From a virus: 64,000 bases of DNA. Position numbers and translations under genes: made by a program. The notes beneath the pieces were generated by a model, which searched no databases, was not told the origin of the DNA, and saw only the letters and a program-made list of their open reading frames with translations. Shown piece by piece: positions 19,128 to 28,796 of the stretch. Position 1 is the first letter of the stretch. Each line of letters starts with the position of its first letter. The DNA lies in IMG/VR virus record IMGVR_UViG_3300035158_000183, positions 32,001-96,000 of that record; one strand, 5' to 3'.

Positions 19128-19345
19128 ACCCTAGATGCACAGAGCTTGAGAATGCCATCAAGAAACGCCTGGACGACTTCCTTGGAGAGACGCTGACGGA
19201 CAAGCTCAGGCACGAGATCTACCAGGAGGTCCTGCAGATACTCCGGGGAGCCATGGCCAACGGCACTATAAAATCTATGCCTAAGGTAGAAGTAATCGCA
19301 AAAGTCAATGAGGTCAGGGTAATCATAGGCGATGAAGAGATCTAG
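19124..19345 (+). CDS. Hypothetical protein
   Basis: GAGAGG RBS; packed ORF. Confidence 0.65.
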   Translation: MNPRCTELENAIKKRLDDFLGETLTDKLRHEIYQEVLQILRGAMANGTIKSMPKVEVIAKVNEVRVIIGDEEI

Positions 19346-19347
19346 CT

Positions 19348-20412
19348 ATGAGTAAATACAGGAACTGGACAGATAAGCAGCTATCATTCCTACTGGACAA
19401 TTATGGCAAGGTAGGAGTAGAAAAAATAAGCCGTGAGATCAGCAAGCCGGTTGGATCTATATACTACATACTTAATAAGGAGAACATCGACCTAGAGAAA
19501 CAATGGTGGTCCAGGGACGAAGTAAAGATGCTTAAAGAACTGTACCCCAACCACTCTAACCAGGAATTAGAACAGATATTTTCTAGGTCAGAGGACGCAA
19601 TACAGCTGAAGGCGGCATCACTAGGACTCAAGAAAGACAAATGGTGGTCCGAAGAAGATGTAGAACTACTGCGCGAAATGGTGCTAGATGGACTATCATG
19701 TACCAAGATGGCCAAAACATTTGGACGGACAAGAGCAGCCGTATATAACAAGTTACGAGATGAGAAGCTTACAAACGAATGCAGGCGCTGGACTGACGCC
19801 GAACTCGCCAAGATAAAAAGCATGGCGCTTTCAAGGAATTACACGTACATGGATATTGCTATGGAGCTAGCAGCGACACCAGGCCAAGTGCATATGGCGT
19901 GTAAGCACTACGGCTGGCATGACCAAATCAAACGGACGCTATCATATGGTAACGATAAAATGGTCTCCATTCTTCGCAAACTGTTTCCTAACTACACGAT
20001 TAAGCAAGAATACCACGTGGGAGAGAGGCTAAGACTTGACGCGTATATTAATGAGCTGAACATTGGATTTGAGTATGACGGCATACAGCATTTCCGCTAC
20101 ACGCCTCAATGGCATCGGACTAAGGCAGAATTTCAACGCGCGCTAGACCGCGACAAGAGGAAAGAGGAACTGTGTAGGCAGAATAGGATAACTCTTATAC
20201 GCATCAAATACGACGAGGACTGCACACCAGATCTAATCACCAAGAAAGTCTCGTCAGCTATGATGGCTGGGGCCATCAGCCGATCCAGCGATAAAATCGC
20301 TCAGATTGCCATGAATAAGCCAAAGGCCAAGATACCACATCCTAAGAAGTATAACTGGCCCAAGGGGAAGAAGATCCCCAGTAGGCCATTCCCGAAGAGG
20401 AAGAAGCAATGA
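19348..20412 (+). CDS. Putative free-standing homing endonuclease: tandem Myb/HTH-like repeats plus a Vsr/DUF559-like PD-(D/E)XK domain
   Basis: Repeats WTDKQL, WWSRDEV, WWSEEDV, WTDAEL; LRLDAY..IGFEYDGIQHF..DKRKEELC..LIRIKY. Confidence 0.7.
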   Translation: MSKYRNWTDKQLSFLLDNYGKVGVEKISREISKPVGSIYYILNKENIDLEKQWWSRDEVKMLKELYPNHSNQELEQIFSRSEDAIQLKAASLGLKKDKWWSEEDVELLREMVLDGLSCTKMAKTFGRTRAAVYNKLRDEKLTNECRRWTDAELAKIKSMALSRNYTYMDIAMELAATPGQVHMACKHYGWHDQIKRTLSYGNDKMVSILRKLFPNYTIKQEYHVGERLRLDAYINELNIGFEYDGIQHFRYTPQWHRTKAEFQRALDRDKRKEELCRQNRITLIRIKYDEDCTPDLITKKVSSAMMAGAISRSSDKIAQIAMNKPKAKIPHPKKYNWPKGKKIPSRPFPKRKKQ

Positions 20413-20606
20413 AGAGAATAGAGGACACCAAGTGTAATCAGTGCAGCGAGCAGAACCTAGAGTTTATTCCTCAAGATGACGACCTTGCCAGCGAAGTAGT
20501 GGAAACCGACTGGTTTACATTTGGTACAATTCGATGTAAGAGCTGCAACGCTTCCTGGGTCTTGCAGTTTGATTTCTCTAAGCCACAACCCATGGGGAAA
20601 GTTTGA
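20409..20606 (+). CDS. Small Zn-ribbon protein
   Basis: CNQC..CKSC. Confidence 0.6.
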   Translation: MKRIEDTKCNQCSEQNLEFIPQDDDLASEVVETDWFTFGTIRCKSCNASWVLQFDFSKPQPMGKV

Positions 20607-20617
20607 GGATCCAGACA

Positions 20618-20836
20618 ATGCCTAAAGTAACAATAGAATTCAATCTACCAGAAGAACGGCCGGAGTACATGATGGCTGTTAACGCTGGAGAGTACTATGG
20701 AGCCCTATGGGAGTTCTATCAATACCTACGCCGTCTGTGGAAGGATGGCGACATGGATTCGGACACCTACAAGGTGGTCGAGGAAATCTGGGACAGGTTC
20801 TGCGACGAGGCAGGCACCCTGCTACATGGGAGTTAA
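20618..20836 (+). CDS. Small phage hypothetical protein
   Basis: MPKVTIEFNLPEE; GAGG RBS. Confidence 0.65.
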   Translation: MPKVTIEFNLPEERPEYMMAVNAGEYYGALWEFYQYLRRLWKDGDMDSDTYKVVEEIWDRFCDEAGTLLHGS

Positions 20837-20838
20837 TC

Positions 20839-21027
20839 ATGTTTGAACTGGACGACGAAGCTGCCATTGGCGTAGCTAATGTGAAGTGCCCGAACTGTGG
20901 AAAGAGGATCCAGCTGGACACCACCCCCTATGAGATGGATGGAGACATGGAGTGCGCGTACTGTGGGTGGGTGACAGGAGCATGGCAATTTGACATAGAT
21001 TTAGGAGAAGAAACATGGGGAACCTAG
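20839..21027 (+). CDS. Small Zn-ribbon protein
   Basis: CPNC..CAYC; GGGAG RBS. Confidence 0.6.
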   Translation: MFELDDEAAIGVANVKCPNCGKRIQLDTTPYEMDGDMECAYCGWVTGAWQFDIDLGEETWGT

Positions 21028-21461
21028 AGAACTTCCACGGCATCAAGATAAAGTCTGATGGCACTCCGCAGGGGACATATATCACCACAACTGACGGAGC
21101 ACCGATCAACACGGTAACCAAGTTTAGTGTGGTCATGGATGCTAACGCCCCAGCTGGCAGGATGTGCAGGTGTATCCTGGAGTGCTTCCTGCCCGAGCTG
21201 GAAATGGAGATACCCCCTGAGCACGTAGACTATGTCCCTGGTAGCCTGAAGCAGTGTCCTAAGTGCAGTAAGGAGCTGAAACCCGAGATGGTAATGCGCA
21301 GCTCACCGATGGCACCAGACATACCTACTGCTAGATATACCTGTAAGCCCTGCGACTATGAGCAGGAGTATGAGTTTAAGTTGGATATGGATAGTGACAG
21401 ACCTGACCAAGCGGCCATAGCTGAAGCCATTAAGGAGGTTGAGAAGGATGGTGGGAAGTAG
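21015..21461 (+). CDS. Hypothetical protein with Zn ribbon
   Basis: CPKC..CKPC; AGGAG RBS. Confidence 0.65.
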   Translation: MGNLENFHGIKIKSDGTPQGTYITTTDGAPINTVTKFSVVMDANAPAGRMCRCILECFLPELEMEIPPEHVDYVPGSLKQCPKCSKELKPEMVMRSSPMAPDIPTARYTCKPCDYEQEYEFKLDMDSDRPDQAAIAEAIKEVEKDGGK

Positions 21462-22056
21462 AATAGTTTGCTGTAATAAGTGTGGAAACGAACTCTTCTA
21501 CCTGAAAGACGGGTACAAGATGGCCTGCCAGGTGGTCTGCGTCGCCTGTGGGGACAAGAAGAACGGCAAGAAGACCAAGAAGAAGGGTATCAAGGCTACA
21601 GCGGCGGGCAACTTTGCTCGTACCAAGAAGGGCAAGCGGAAGGACGTACATCCTACGTACAGCTTTAACTCTGCTACAGAGGCTAACTTTGCTAGGATAT
21701 TGGAGTTTTTAGAGGTGGACTGGAAGTACGAAGAGCGAGCCTTCACATTCACTAATTATAAGACCAAGCCTCATGTATATATCATGGACTTCGAGATTAC
21801 TGGAGGCCGGCGGGGCAAGAAGGACGGCCTGCTGCACGGGTTCTATGAAATCAAGGGCTACATGGATGCTCGGAGCAGGAACAAGCTGCGCAGGCTGAAG
21901 AAGAATTACCCAGAGGAAGCGGCCAAGACCTGCGTAGTCATCTACAACAAGTACAAGAAGAAGGATATAGAGTTCTGTAAGAAGCTGGGCTTCAGGTATA
22001 TACTCTACGATGCCCTGACTGAGAAATATGAACCACAAATACCCACATGGGAATAG
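21448..22056 (+). CDS. PD-(D/E)XK endonuclease (restriction-endonuclease-like) with N-terminal Zn ribbon
   Basis: SATEANFARIL..WKYE, YIMDF, FYEIKGY; CNKC..CVAC. Confidence 0.75.
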   Translation: MVGSRIVCCNKCGNELFYLKDGYKMACQVVCVACGDKKNGKKTKKKGIKATAAGNFARTKKGKRKDVHPTYSFNSATEANFARILEFLEVDWKYEERAFTFTNYKTKPHVYIMDFEITGGRRGKKDGLLHGFYEIKGYMDARSRNKLRRLKKNYPEEAAKTCVVIYNKYKKKDIEFCKKLGFRYILYDALTEKYEPQIPTWE

Positions 22057-22059
22057 ATA

Positions 22060-22323
22060 ATGGCCAAGCAAAGAAGGAAGTTCCTGATCACTTATGAGGC
22101 CCTGACTATAATGCTTGGGCTCGAGCCCGGATCAGTACTCCGGGTGGATAACAACGCTGGCTGTGAGAGAATAGAAATCATCACCGATGATGAGCGGTTT
22201 GCCAAGCAAGTACTAGAGAATGCGGAAATCCCGTGCCATATGGTAGAGTTTATACAGCTCGTTGTCCCGGATTTAAGAAGTGCTTATACCCAACAGCAAG
22301 AAGAGACTCCTGAGAAAGTATGA
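22060..22323 (+). CDS. Hypothetical protein
   Basis: Packed ORF. Confidence 0.6.
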   Translation: MAKQRRKFLITYEALTIMLGLEPGSVLRVDNNAGCERIEIITDDERFAKQVLENAEIPCHMVEFIQLVVPDLRSAYTQQQEETPEKV

Positions 22324-22867
22324 GGCCACCCTGTTCTACAGGGAGGACTTCCCGGAGGAGGACAGGCTATATAGCTTTTACCTACTATTGCGCCCGGCCT
22401 TGGGGTGGTTGGTCCCTGACCTGAAGGCCTGCGGCCTTAACTCTGATGAGGTAGAGTCCGAGCTGTTTCTATTTATTGCTGGCCTGTTTCAGCGCTTTGA
22501 TAATACCAAGAGCAGCATTATCCCCTATCTGGAGAAGCAGATACCCTGGAAGACCCGTGACCTACTGCAGACTCTACGGAAGAACATCCTGCCGGAGACA
22601 CCCAGTGGGTGGTGCCGGGTGGACGAACCCTATGAAATGAATGAGGAATTCTATTGGCGGAGCCCCGGTATACTATTCGAGGACAGGTATGTCGGAAAGT
22701 GCTTTACACGAAGCGAAAAATACATTATAAATATAATACTTACGGCTGATGATAGTGATCTATCTCAGCAGAGGCTTGCCGACGCTGGCAAGATAGATAG
22801 AAGGAAAGTTAAAGAGATCCTCTCAGAAGTGGGAGAGATCATACAATCGGAGGAAGTCAATGCCTGA
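22280..22867 (+). CDS. Divergent sigma70-family-like factor
   Basis: Region-2-like GLFQRFDNTKSSIIPYL; region-4-like HTH FTRSEKYII...LSQQRLADAGKIDRRKVKEIL. Confidence 0.5.
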   Translation: MLIPNSKKRLLRKYEATLFYREDFPEEDRLYSFYLLLRPALGWLVPDLKACGLNSDEVESELFLFIAGLFQRFDNTKSSIIPYLEKQIPWKTRDLLQTLRKNILPETPSGWCRVDEPYEMNEEFYWRSPGILFEDRYVGKCFTRSEKYIINIILTADDSDLSQQRLADAGKIDRRKVKEILSEVGEIIQSEEVNA

Positions 22868-23435
22868 CGAATTTAACCCAGATGCAGTTCGCAATCCATC
22901 ATCCGGCCTACTGGCCCGCAACCCCACTCACATTCAGGAGGCTAAGGATGCTGATGACCAGAGTGATATCGTGAATGCCATCAAACAGAGCGGCGTTAAG
23001 AGGATGCGGATCCGCCACGACTACACTGACGTGGACAAGTCCAATCCCCCGCCCCTAGTAGGTGTGCTTAAGATCCGCGACATGACCGAGGAGGCAGCTG
23101 TTAACTTCTGCAAGAACCTCATGCGGAGCCGGCCGAACATCTTCACAGTCCATATTAAGCTGGGCGACTATCCCAATGCTCGCCGCCTGGACAATAGTAA
23201 GACCAGGATGCTCAACGCCAACAAAGCACGGTTCAATACAGAGGTCGGCGCCAAGATGGGCGAGATCCTGGCTGACCGGAACATGAATGTGACGGAACTC
23301 AAGTACATTGTCAGCAGCGCAGAGCCGGGCCGCTTTGACGCCACCAGCGAGGTATATGGCACCACCCAGGAAGAATACTTTGATGACGAGCACTTCAAGC
23401 CCGTCATAGAGTTTGAATTTATCAAAACTACATAG
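22860..23435 (+). CDS. Hypothetical protein
   Basis: GGAGG RBS; packed ORF. Confidence 0.7.
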   Translation: MPDEFNPDAVRNPSSGLLARNPTHIQEAKDADDQSDIVNAIKQSGVKRMRIRHDYTDVDKSNPPPLVGVLKIRDMTEEAAVNFCKNLMRSRPNIFTVHIKLGDYPNARRLDNSKTRMLNANKARFNTEVGAKMGEILADRNMNVTELKYIVSSAEPGRFDATSEVYGTTQEEYFDDEHFKPVIEFEFIKTT

Positions 23436-23443
23436 AGCAGTAG

Positions 23444-25441
23444 ATGCACAACAAAATGAAGCACGGGGTTGTCACTCCGAATAGGCGAGCCAATGTACCC
23501 GCCAGGGTGGTAAATGTGCACTCGCGTAGGAGAATGGCCAACACTCGCATCAAACTAGATAAGCTACTGCGATCTGCCCGCCCTAAGATATGCATCAAGC
23601 GGCGCCTGGGTGGCATAGGCGATGTGCTTATGACCACACCCCTCACCAAGGCCATTAAGACACTGATACCCCACTGCCATCTGGTGTATGCCACCGACCT
23701 CGAGTACTCTCAGGGTGCTCTAGCGGATATCATCAACCACAACCCATATGTGGACGAGCTTATACCCTTCAACCGGATCCAGGAGAGCGAATATGACTAC
23801 TCTGTCGACGTCACAGCTACGGGGCTGCGGAGAGAGAAGTCAGGCGTTACACCTCCTAACCGGATTGATATGTTCGCTGAGGAGGTAGGTGTAGATATAT
23901 CAGCCGACCCACTGCCTATCTATGTGGTGCAACAGGAGGAACGAGAACGAGCTAAAGCTGAACTCAGGGAGTTAGTCGAGCTGCGCAGGGGACAGAAGCT
24001 CATTGCTATACAGGCTAAAAGCAATGACGCAAGGAGGACATGGCCCTTAGACCACATGGCCCGGCTTCTAACACTCCTAAGCGCCGAAGAACGGATCCAG
24101 ACCCTATTCTTTGACTGGGGCGACACAACTAGTAGATGGTCACCACCTCCAGGAGGACGTGTACATTTCCTGTTCAACAGGAATCTGGCTGATGTGGCTG
24201 CCCTAATGGAGCAGTGTGATCTAGTCGTCTGTCCTGACAGTGCTCTTCTCCACCTAGCCGGAGCCCTACAGAAGAAGATTGTGGCTATATTCGGGCCAAT
24301 CCCACCTGTCAGCAGGATGAATTACTACAGTAACAGCACAGCTGTAGCGCGCCAGCTACCCTGCCAGCCCTGCTGGTACAGTCCCAGGTGTACCAGAAGT
24401 GGTGCCGCTAAGCTAGAGTGCTTGACCGGTATCTCGCCCGAGTCAGTCCTACAGGCTGTCAAGGAACGTCTGGCTACACCTCTCACAACGGTCAAGAGCA
24501 TCATCTATGGCGCCGAGCTGACCGACAAGGGCCAGGACCCCATAATCCTCGTCAAAAGGACCACAGACGGCCTAGGAGACCTCCTGATGACCACTCCAGC
24601 CCTGGCAGCTCTCAAGAACCAGTACCCTGGTAAGCAGCTCCATGTGGCTTGCCAGAGGAAGTTGTGGCCGGTCCTCCAGAACAACCCCGACGTCGATAAG
24701 ATTATAGATATAACAGAAAATATCAACAAGAACCGGTACCACATGATAATCGATATATCTACTCCGTGCGCACGCTATGAGGCGACAAGGGTCTCGGCTG
24801 GCAAGCCAGTCCAAAAAAGCAGAGTAGAGATATTTGCCGAGGCTACTGGAGTACGCGATACCATCCGAGGACTTACTCCTATATACCATGTCACCAAAGA
24901 TGAGACAGCCTGGGCGCAAGAGTTTATGGAGAGGGCTGACCTCAGCAGCGGCAAACCCCGAGTTGGCGTAGCCCTAAGAAGCGCCGAGATGTATAGGAAC
25001 TGGCCTGAAGATCGCTACCAGCGGCTATTCGACCTGGTACAGGAACACATGGACATAGTGATTTTAGACCACTCCAGAGAACACATGTTCAAGGATATAG
25101 TGGACGCCTGCGGCTTCCCACTGCGGAAAGCCATCGCTATATTGTCACAATGTGATGGGCTCATAACAGTCGACACTAGCCTCCTCCACTTCGGAGCGGC
25201 GCTCAAGGTTCCGACCATAGCCTTATTCGGACCTATAGACTATCGCCCACGCTGTAAGGCATACAAAAATGTTACTGTGGTACAATCAGATTTAGACTGT
25301 ATACCATGCTGGCGGAACAGCCGCATGCCCTGTAAGACTACAGGAATAGTAAGAGGATATTCCAAATGTCTGGAAGCTGTATCGGCTGGCCATATAGCTC
25401 GAATAGCAATCCAGAAGTTCGCAGGAGAACACGATGGCTGA
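23444..25441 (+). CDS. Tandem double GT9 (ADP-heptose heptosyltransferase-like) glycosyltransferase
   Basis: Both halves carry the GT9 motifs: GGIGDVLMTTP / DGLGDLLMTTP, NPYVD / NPDVD, RTWP / RNWP, DSALLHLAGAL..IFGP / DTSLLHFGAAL..LFGP, CxPCW..C..C. Confidence 0.88.
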   Translation: MHNKMKHGVVTPNRRANVPARVVNVHSRRRMANTRIKLDKLLRSARPKICIKRRLGGIGDVLMTTPLTKAIKTLIPHCHLVYATDLEYSQGALADIINHNPYVDELIPFNRIQESEYDYSVDVTATGLRREKSGVTPPNRIDMFAEEVGVDISADPLPIYVVQQEERERAKAELRELVELRRGQKLIAIQAKSNDARRTWPLDHMARLLTLLSAEERIQTLFFDWGDTTSRWSPPPGGRVHFLFNRNLADVAALMEQCDLVVCPDSALLHLAGALQKKIVAIFGPIPPVSRMNYYSNSTAVARQLPCQPCWYSPRCTRSGAAKLECLTGISPESVLQAVKERLATPLTTVKSIIYGAELTDKGQDPIILVKRTTDGLGDLLMTTPALAALKNQYPGKQLHVACQRKLWPVLQNNPDVDKIIDITENINKNRYHMIIDISTPCARYEATRVSAGKPVQKSRVEIFAEATGVRDTIRGLTPIYHVTKDETAWAQEFMERADLSSGKPRVGVALRSAEMYRNWPEDRYQRLFDLVQEHMDIVILDHSREHMFKDIVDACGFPLRKAIAILSQCDGLITVDTSLLHFGAALKVPTIALFGPIDYRPRCKAYKNVTVVQSDLDCIPCWRNSRMPCKTTGIVRGYSKCLEAVSAGHIARIAIQKFAGEHDG

Positions 25442-26360
25442 GGCTCTACATGTTACCGGCGGGGGTGGACTGGGGGACCTGATATACCACTACTTCTGCA
25501 AGCGTAAGTGGCAGCTGGTCGCACCCATAAAGAAGGCTCATCCGGAGATCAGGATAGTAGGAGTACTGACATGTCATGCTTCTCCAGCTCCCGAACTCAT
25601 TGAGCTAAATCCCCATATTGATGTGGTGGTCACCCATCCGTGGTACCCGCCCAAGCATGCACGCGAACAGATGTGGAGAGAAGTACTCAAAACCGAGGAC
25701 ATCAACACATTTGCCGGTAAGCACAAAATCAAGCCAGACGGGCAGAAACTGTACCTATCCAAGCATGAACAGGGTGTGTACCAGAATCTGGCAGGGAAGC
25801 CCTATATCCTTATGCATCCATTCGCTGGGCTGCCCCATCGGGGCTGCTTGCCCCACCCCAAGGATGGCGAGTATCGCTGCTTCCCCGACTATAAATACAT
25901 CGAGCTTGCCAGGCGCCTAAATGACCAGGGCTTCAACGTAGTTATAGTAGGCTACTCCGAGAAGGCTCGTGGAGGAGCCGCTCGTATTCATGAAAACTTT
26001 CTCGATGTCGATGAACCACCTGGAATTGTTAACTTAATTGACAAGGCTTCTTTACGCTTGAGTGTACAGCTAGCCCGAGGAGCACGTGGCTTCATAGGCA
26101 GTCATAGCAGCATGCTCGCTGCTGCCTGGACCAACCATGTGCCTTCCGTGTTTTTCTATCCCAATGTGGACGACCATGGGAATAAGCGTACCATCAAGAC
26201 ACATGGGGGAGAGACAGGTACATGGCAACTTGAGAAGCCTTACCACTATGGGTTCGAGCTATCACCAAAACAGTTTCTCGACCTGGAGGTTGACGAAGTT
26301 GTAGACCAACTACACACTAATATGGAGGCTAAGCATGGCCAGAAAAAACATTCTGTTTAA
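25434..26360 (+). CDS. GT9-like GT-B glycosyltransferase (divergent)
   Basis: GGGLGDLI, LNPHID, YILMHPFAG, NLIDKASLR..GFIGSHSSML..VPSVFF. Confidence 0.7.
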   Translation: MAEALHVTGGGGLGDLIYHYFCKRKWQLVAPIKKAHPEIRIVGVLTCHASPAPELIELNPHIDVVVTHPWYPPKHAREQMWREVLKTEDINTFAGKHKIKPDGQKLYLSKHEQGVYQNLAGKPYILMHPFAGLPHRGCLPHPKDGEYRCFPDYKYIELARRLNDQGFNVVIVGYSEKARGGAARIHENFLDVDEPPGIVNLIDKASLRLSVQLARGARGFIGSHSSMLAAAWTNHVPSVFFYPNVDDHGNKRTIKTHGGETGTWQLEKPYHYGFELSPKQFLDLEVDEVVDQLHTNMEAKHGQKKHSV

Positions 26361-27966
26361 TACCACCAGGGGATGGAACCCAGGTGACCAGTTTATTATG
26401 ATGGGTGTCCTGCGCCTAATGCGGTACCTAGAGTTTAATAAGATCATCTATAACCGCCATCCCAACGTCTGGGGCAAGGGCGCTGACAACAGCTTCAAGA
26501 TCGACACTGTCAAGTACGAGCACGAGGACTTCAAGGAGCGGGTCCGGCACAACGCCAAGGGTATTATCGATTACTACATTGCTGCCGGCACCCCAGAGTG
26601 GGATAGCCAGGGCATATTCCCATTGTTCGACCAGCTGATTGCCAACAAGATTCGGTGTTCCTGGATAGGTATAGGGTGCGGGCTCAAGTTGTCAGATCAC
26701 ATCAAGGAACTGTTCAAGCGTACAGATGTTATCACCACTAGGGACCAAGGGGCCTTTAACCTCACTGAAGCCTATAAGCCGATGCGCCTACCCTGCCCTG
26801 CATTCTTCGTGGGCCGCAGGCCAAAGATACGCAAGAACAGCGACAGCCCAGTGGTAGGACTCGTCTATATGTCCGACTGCACAGGGGCTAACCGTATACA
26901 TCCACAGACTAAGCCGGAACTGATTCAGCAGTACACCAAGGCACTTAAGGCCTTTCCTAATGCTGTAGTCATTTGCCACTACATCGACGAGGCCCTTGAG
27001 GCCAGGCGCCTGTGGCCTCAGGCTAATATCTATTACAGTTACAATGCAGATGACTTTGAGCAGTTCTTTGACCTGTGTGATATGACCATAGGGCCAAGAC
27101 TCCATGGAGCTATATTCGGTGCCAGCCTAGGGGCACCTGGGTTTATCGTACTAGACAACCACTCCAGCGACCAGGGCCGAAGACGTGGAGGATCTGAGCC
27201 ACTGGGCATTCAGCCCTTCAATGAAGATCCATCCAACGATATTGTCAAGTTTATTAATGGAGTAGATATTGAGACCGAATCCCGCAGGCTCAGGTATCAT
27301 CGATACCTCACTGAGATCAAGTACATGAACCAGATGTGCAATAGGATGACGCAGGTATTTGGAGACCGGTTCCCAGATTGCAAGAGTTTCCTGGGTGAGA
27401 TGCCTTACTATGCTCCCAAGGGCAACGTACCAGCTCTATACGCCCGTAACTACTATCAATTCTATCGAGTCCTGGGTCAGGACGAGAAGCCAAGAAGCAT
27501 CCTGGAGATAGGTACCCGATATGGGTACTCTCTGATCTCTATGGTACTAGGTGGTATCGACACCGTAGAGCATGTAGTATGCCTGGATAACCAGAGCTAC
27601 GGCAATACATTTGACCTGCCCTCCCAACAGGTTGCTGAGAAAAATCTCCGGGCAGTGGGCTACAAAGGTAAAGCTGAGTTCTATGTCGACAACAGCCGAA
27701 ACCTCAGAGAGCACATATCCGAGGACCGACAATTTGACATAGTACACGTGGACGGTGACCACACCTATGGCGGAGCGAAGAAGAATATGCATCTAGCCTG
27801 GCCTAATGTACGACCTGGTGGTATCATGATTGTTGATGATATCGATAACAAAAGCGTATGGAAAGCAGTCGAGGAATGTATCGATGAGCTTGGGGTCGAC
27901 GATGATAACGTAGATTTCATGGGCTCCAAACACGGCCTCGTCATTATTAGGAAAGCATACCATTGA
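26335..27966 (+). CDS. Polysaccharide pyruvyltransferase fused to a class I SAM methyltransferase (Methyltransf_24-like)
   Basis: NPGD, ITTRD, RLHGAIFGASLGAP; C-terminal ILEIGTRYGYS, HVDGDH, RPGGIMIVDD. Confidence 0.82.
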   Translation: MARKNILFNTTRGWNPGDQFIMMGVLRLMRYLEFNKIIYNRHPNVWGKGADNSFKIDTVKYEHEDFKERVRHNAKGIIDYYIAAGTPEWDSQGIFPLFDQLIANKIRCSWIGIGCGLKLSDHIKELFKRTDVITTRDQGAFNLTEAYKPMRLPCPAFFVGRRPKIRKNSDSPVVGLVYMSDCTGANRIHPQTKPELIQQYTKALKAFPNAVVICHYIDEALEARRLWPQANIYYSYNADDFEQFFDLCDMTIGPRLHGAIFGASLGAPGFIVLDNHSSDQGRRRGGSEPLGIQPFNEDPSNDIVKFINGVDIETESRRLRYHRYLTEIKYMNQMCNRMTQVFGDRFPDCKSFLGEMPYYAPKGNVPALYARNYYQFYRVLGQDEKPRSILEIGTRYGYSLISMVLGGIDTVEHVVCLDNQSYGNTFDLPSQQVAEKNLRAVGYKGKAEFYVDNSRNLREHISEDRQFDIVHVDGDHTYGGAKKNMHLAWPNVRPGGIMIVDDIDNKSVWKAVEECIDELGVDDDNVDFMGSKHGLVIIRKAYH

Positions 27967-28796
27967 ATGAGATACCTCGTACCATTGTCGTATACACCAT
28001 CCAACACACCGGCACCAACTTTGTGTGGGGCGGCCTAGTTATACCTGCCGCTCGAGAAGCAGGAGTGGTAGCACACCATCGTGGCATGCACCACGAACTT
28101 AAGGACCACCCGTCCTTAGTGGCCGGTATAGATGAGTGGATCCAGCAGGCTGTCTTGCCGTCTCTGCGACGCAAAACTGCTCTGAAACACATGGATATCG
28201 CTGCAGTATCATTCCATAACGGAAGTGCTAATGAGATGTTCTGTCAGGCACTAGAGCAGGACCCCAATCCAACAGCTCGAGTGATCATACCAATGCGTGA
28301 CCCTCTACTATCCGTACTGTCAGAGCTAAGGCGAGGCTCTGGTCTGTGGCGGTGGAAAGATGGGTCCTTCACAAGCTTGAAGGCCTCCGGAACCTTGGCA
28401 GAGCGGCTAGAGAACCATAAGCACCGTCGGCATAACATTATAGACCGAATCTCACGCTTCAAGCAGCTGCTGTCCTTCAAGGACCGCTGTTGTATATTCC
28501 CAATCGACACACCAGATTTAGCAGACGCCAGCTACCGCATGCAGCAGTGCCGGGATGCCCTGAATTCCTGTGGGCTCCAGGCAGGGAGTGCCTTAGATAG
28601 GTTTGTGGCTAATTGGCAACCCATAGCTGCAACCAAAGCACACATTGATGGCAACTCTATCAAGACTGCCATTATAGAGAATGACACTGAGACTGTGAAA
28701 GAGACACTATCTGTGGAGTTTGAGCATCTACATAAGGATGATATACTCAAGAAACAGCTAGAAGATGTGGGATATCAAGATCTATTATGGTTTTAA
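27963..28796 (+). CDS. PAPS-dependent sulfotransferase-like protein
   Basis: 5'-PSB-like YTIQHTGTNF; 3'-PB-like IPMRDPLLSVLS. Confidence 0.6.
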   Translation: MNEIPRTIVVYTIQHTGTNFVWGGLVIPAAREAGVVAHHRGMHHELKDHPSLVAGIDEWIQQAVLPSLRRKTALKHMDIAAVSFHNGSANEMFCQALEQDPNPTARVIIPMRDPLLSVLSELRRGSGLWRWKDGSFTSLKASGTLAERLENHKHRRHNIIDRISRFKQLLSFKDRCCIFPIDTPDLADASYRMQQCRDALNSCGLQAGSALDRFVANWQPIAATKAHIDGNSIKTAIIENDTETVKETLSVEFEHLHKDDILKKQLEDVGYQDLLWF

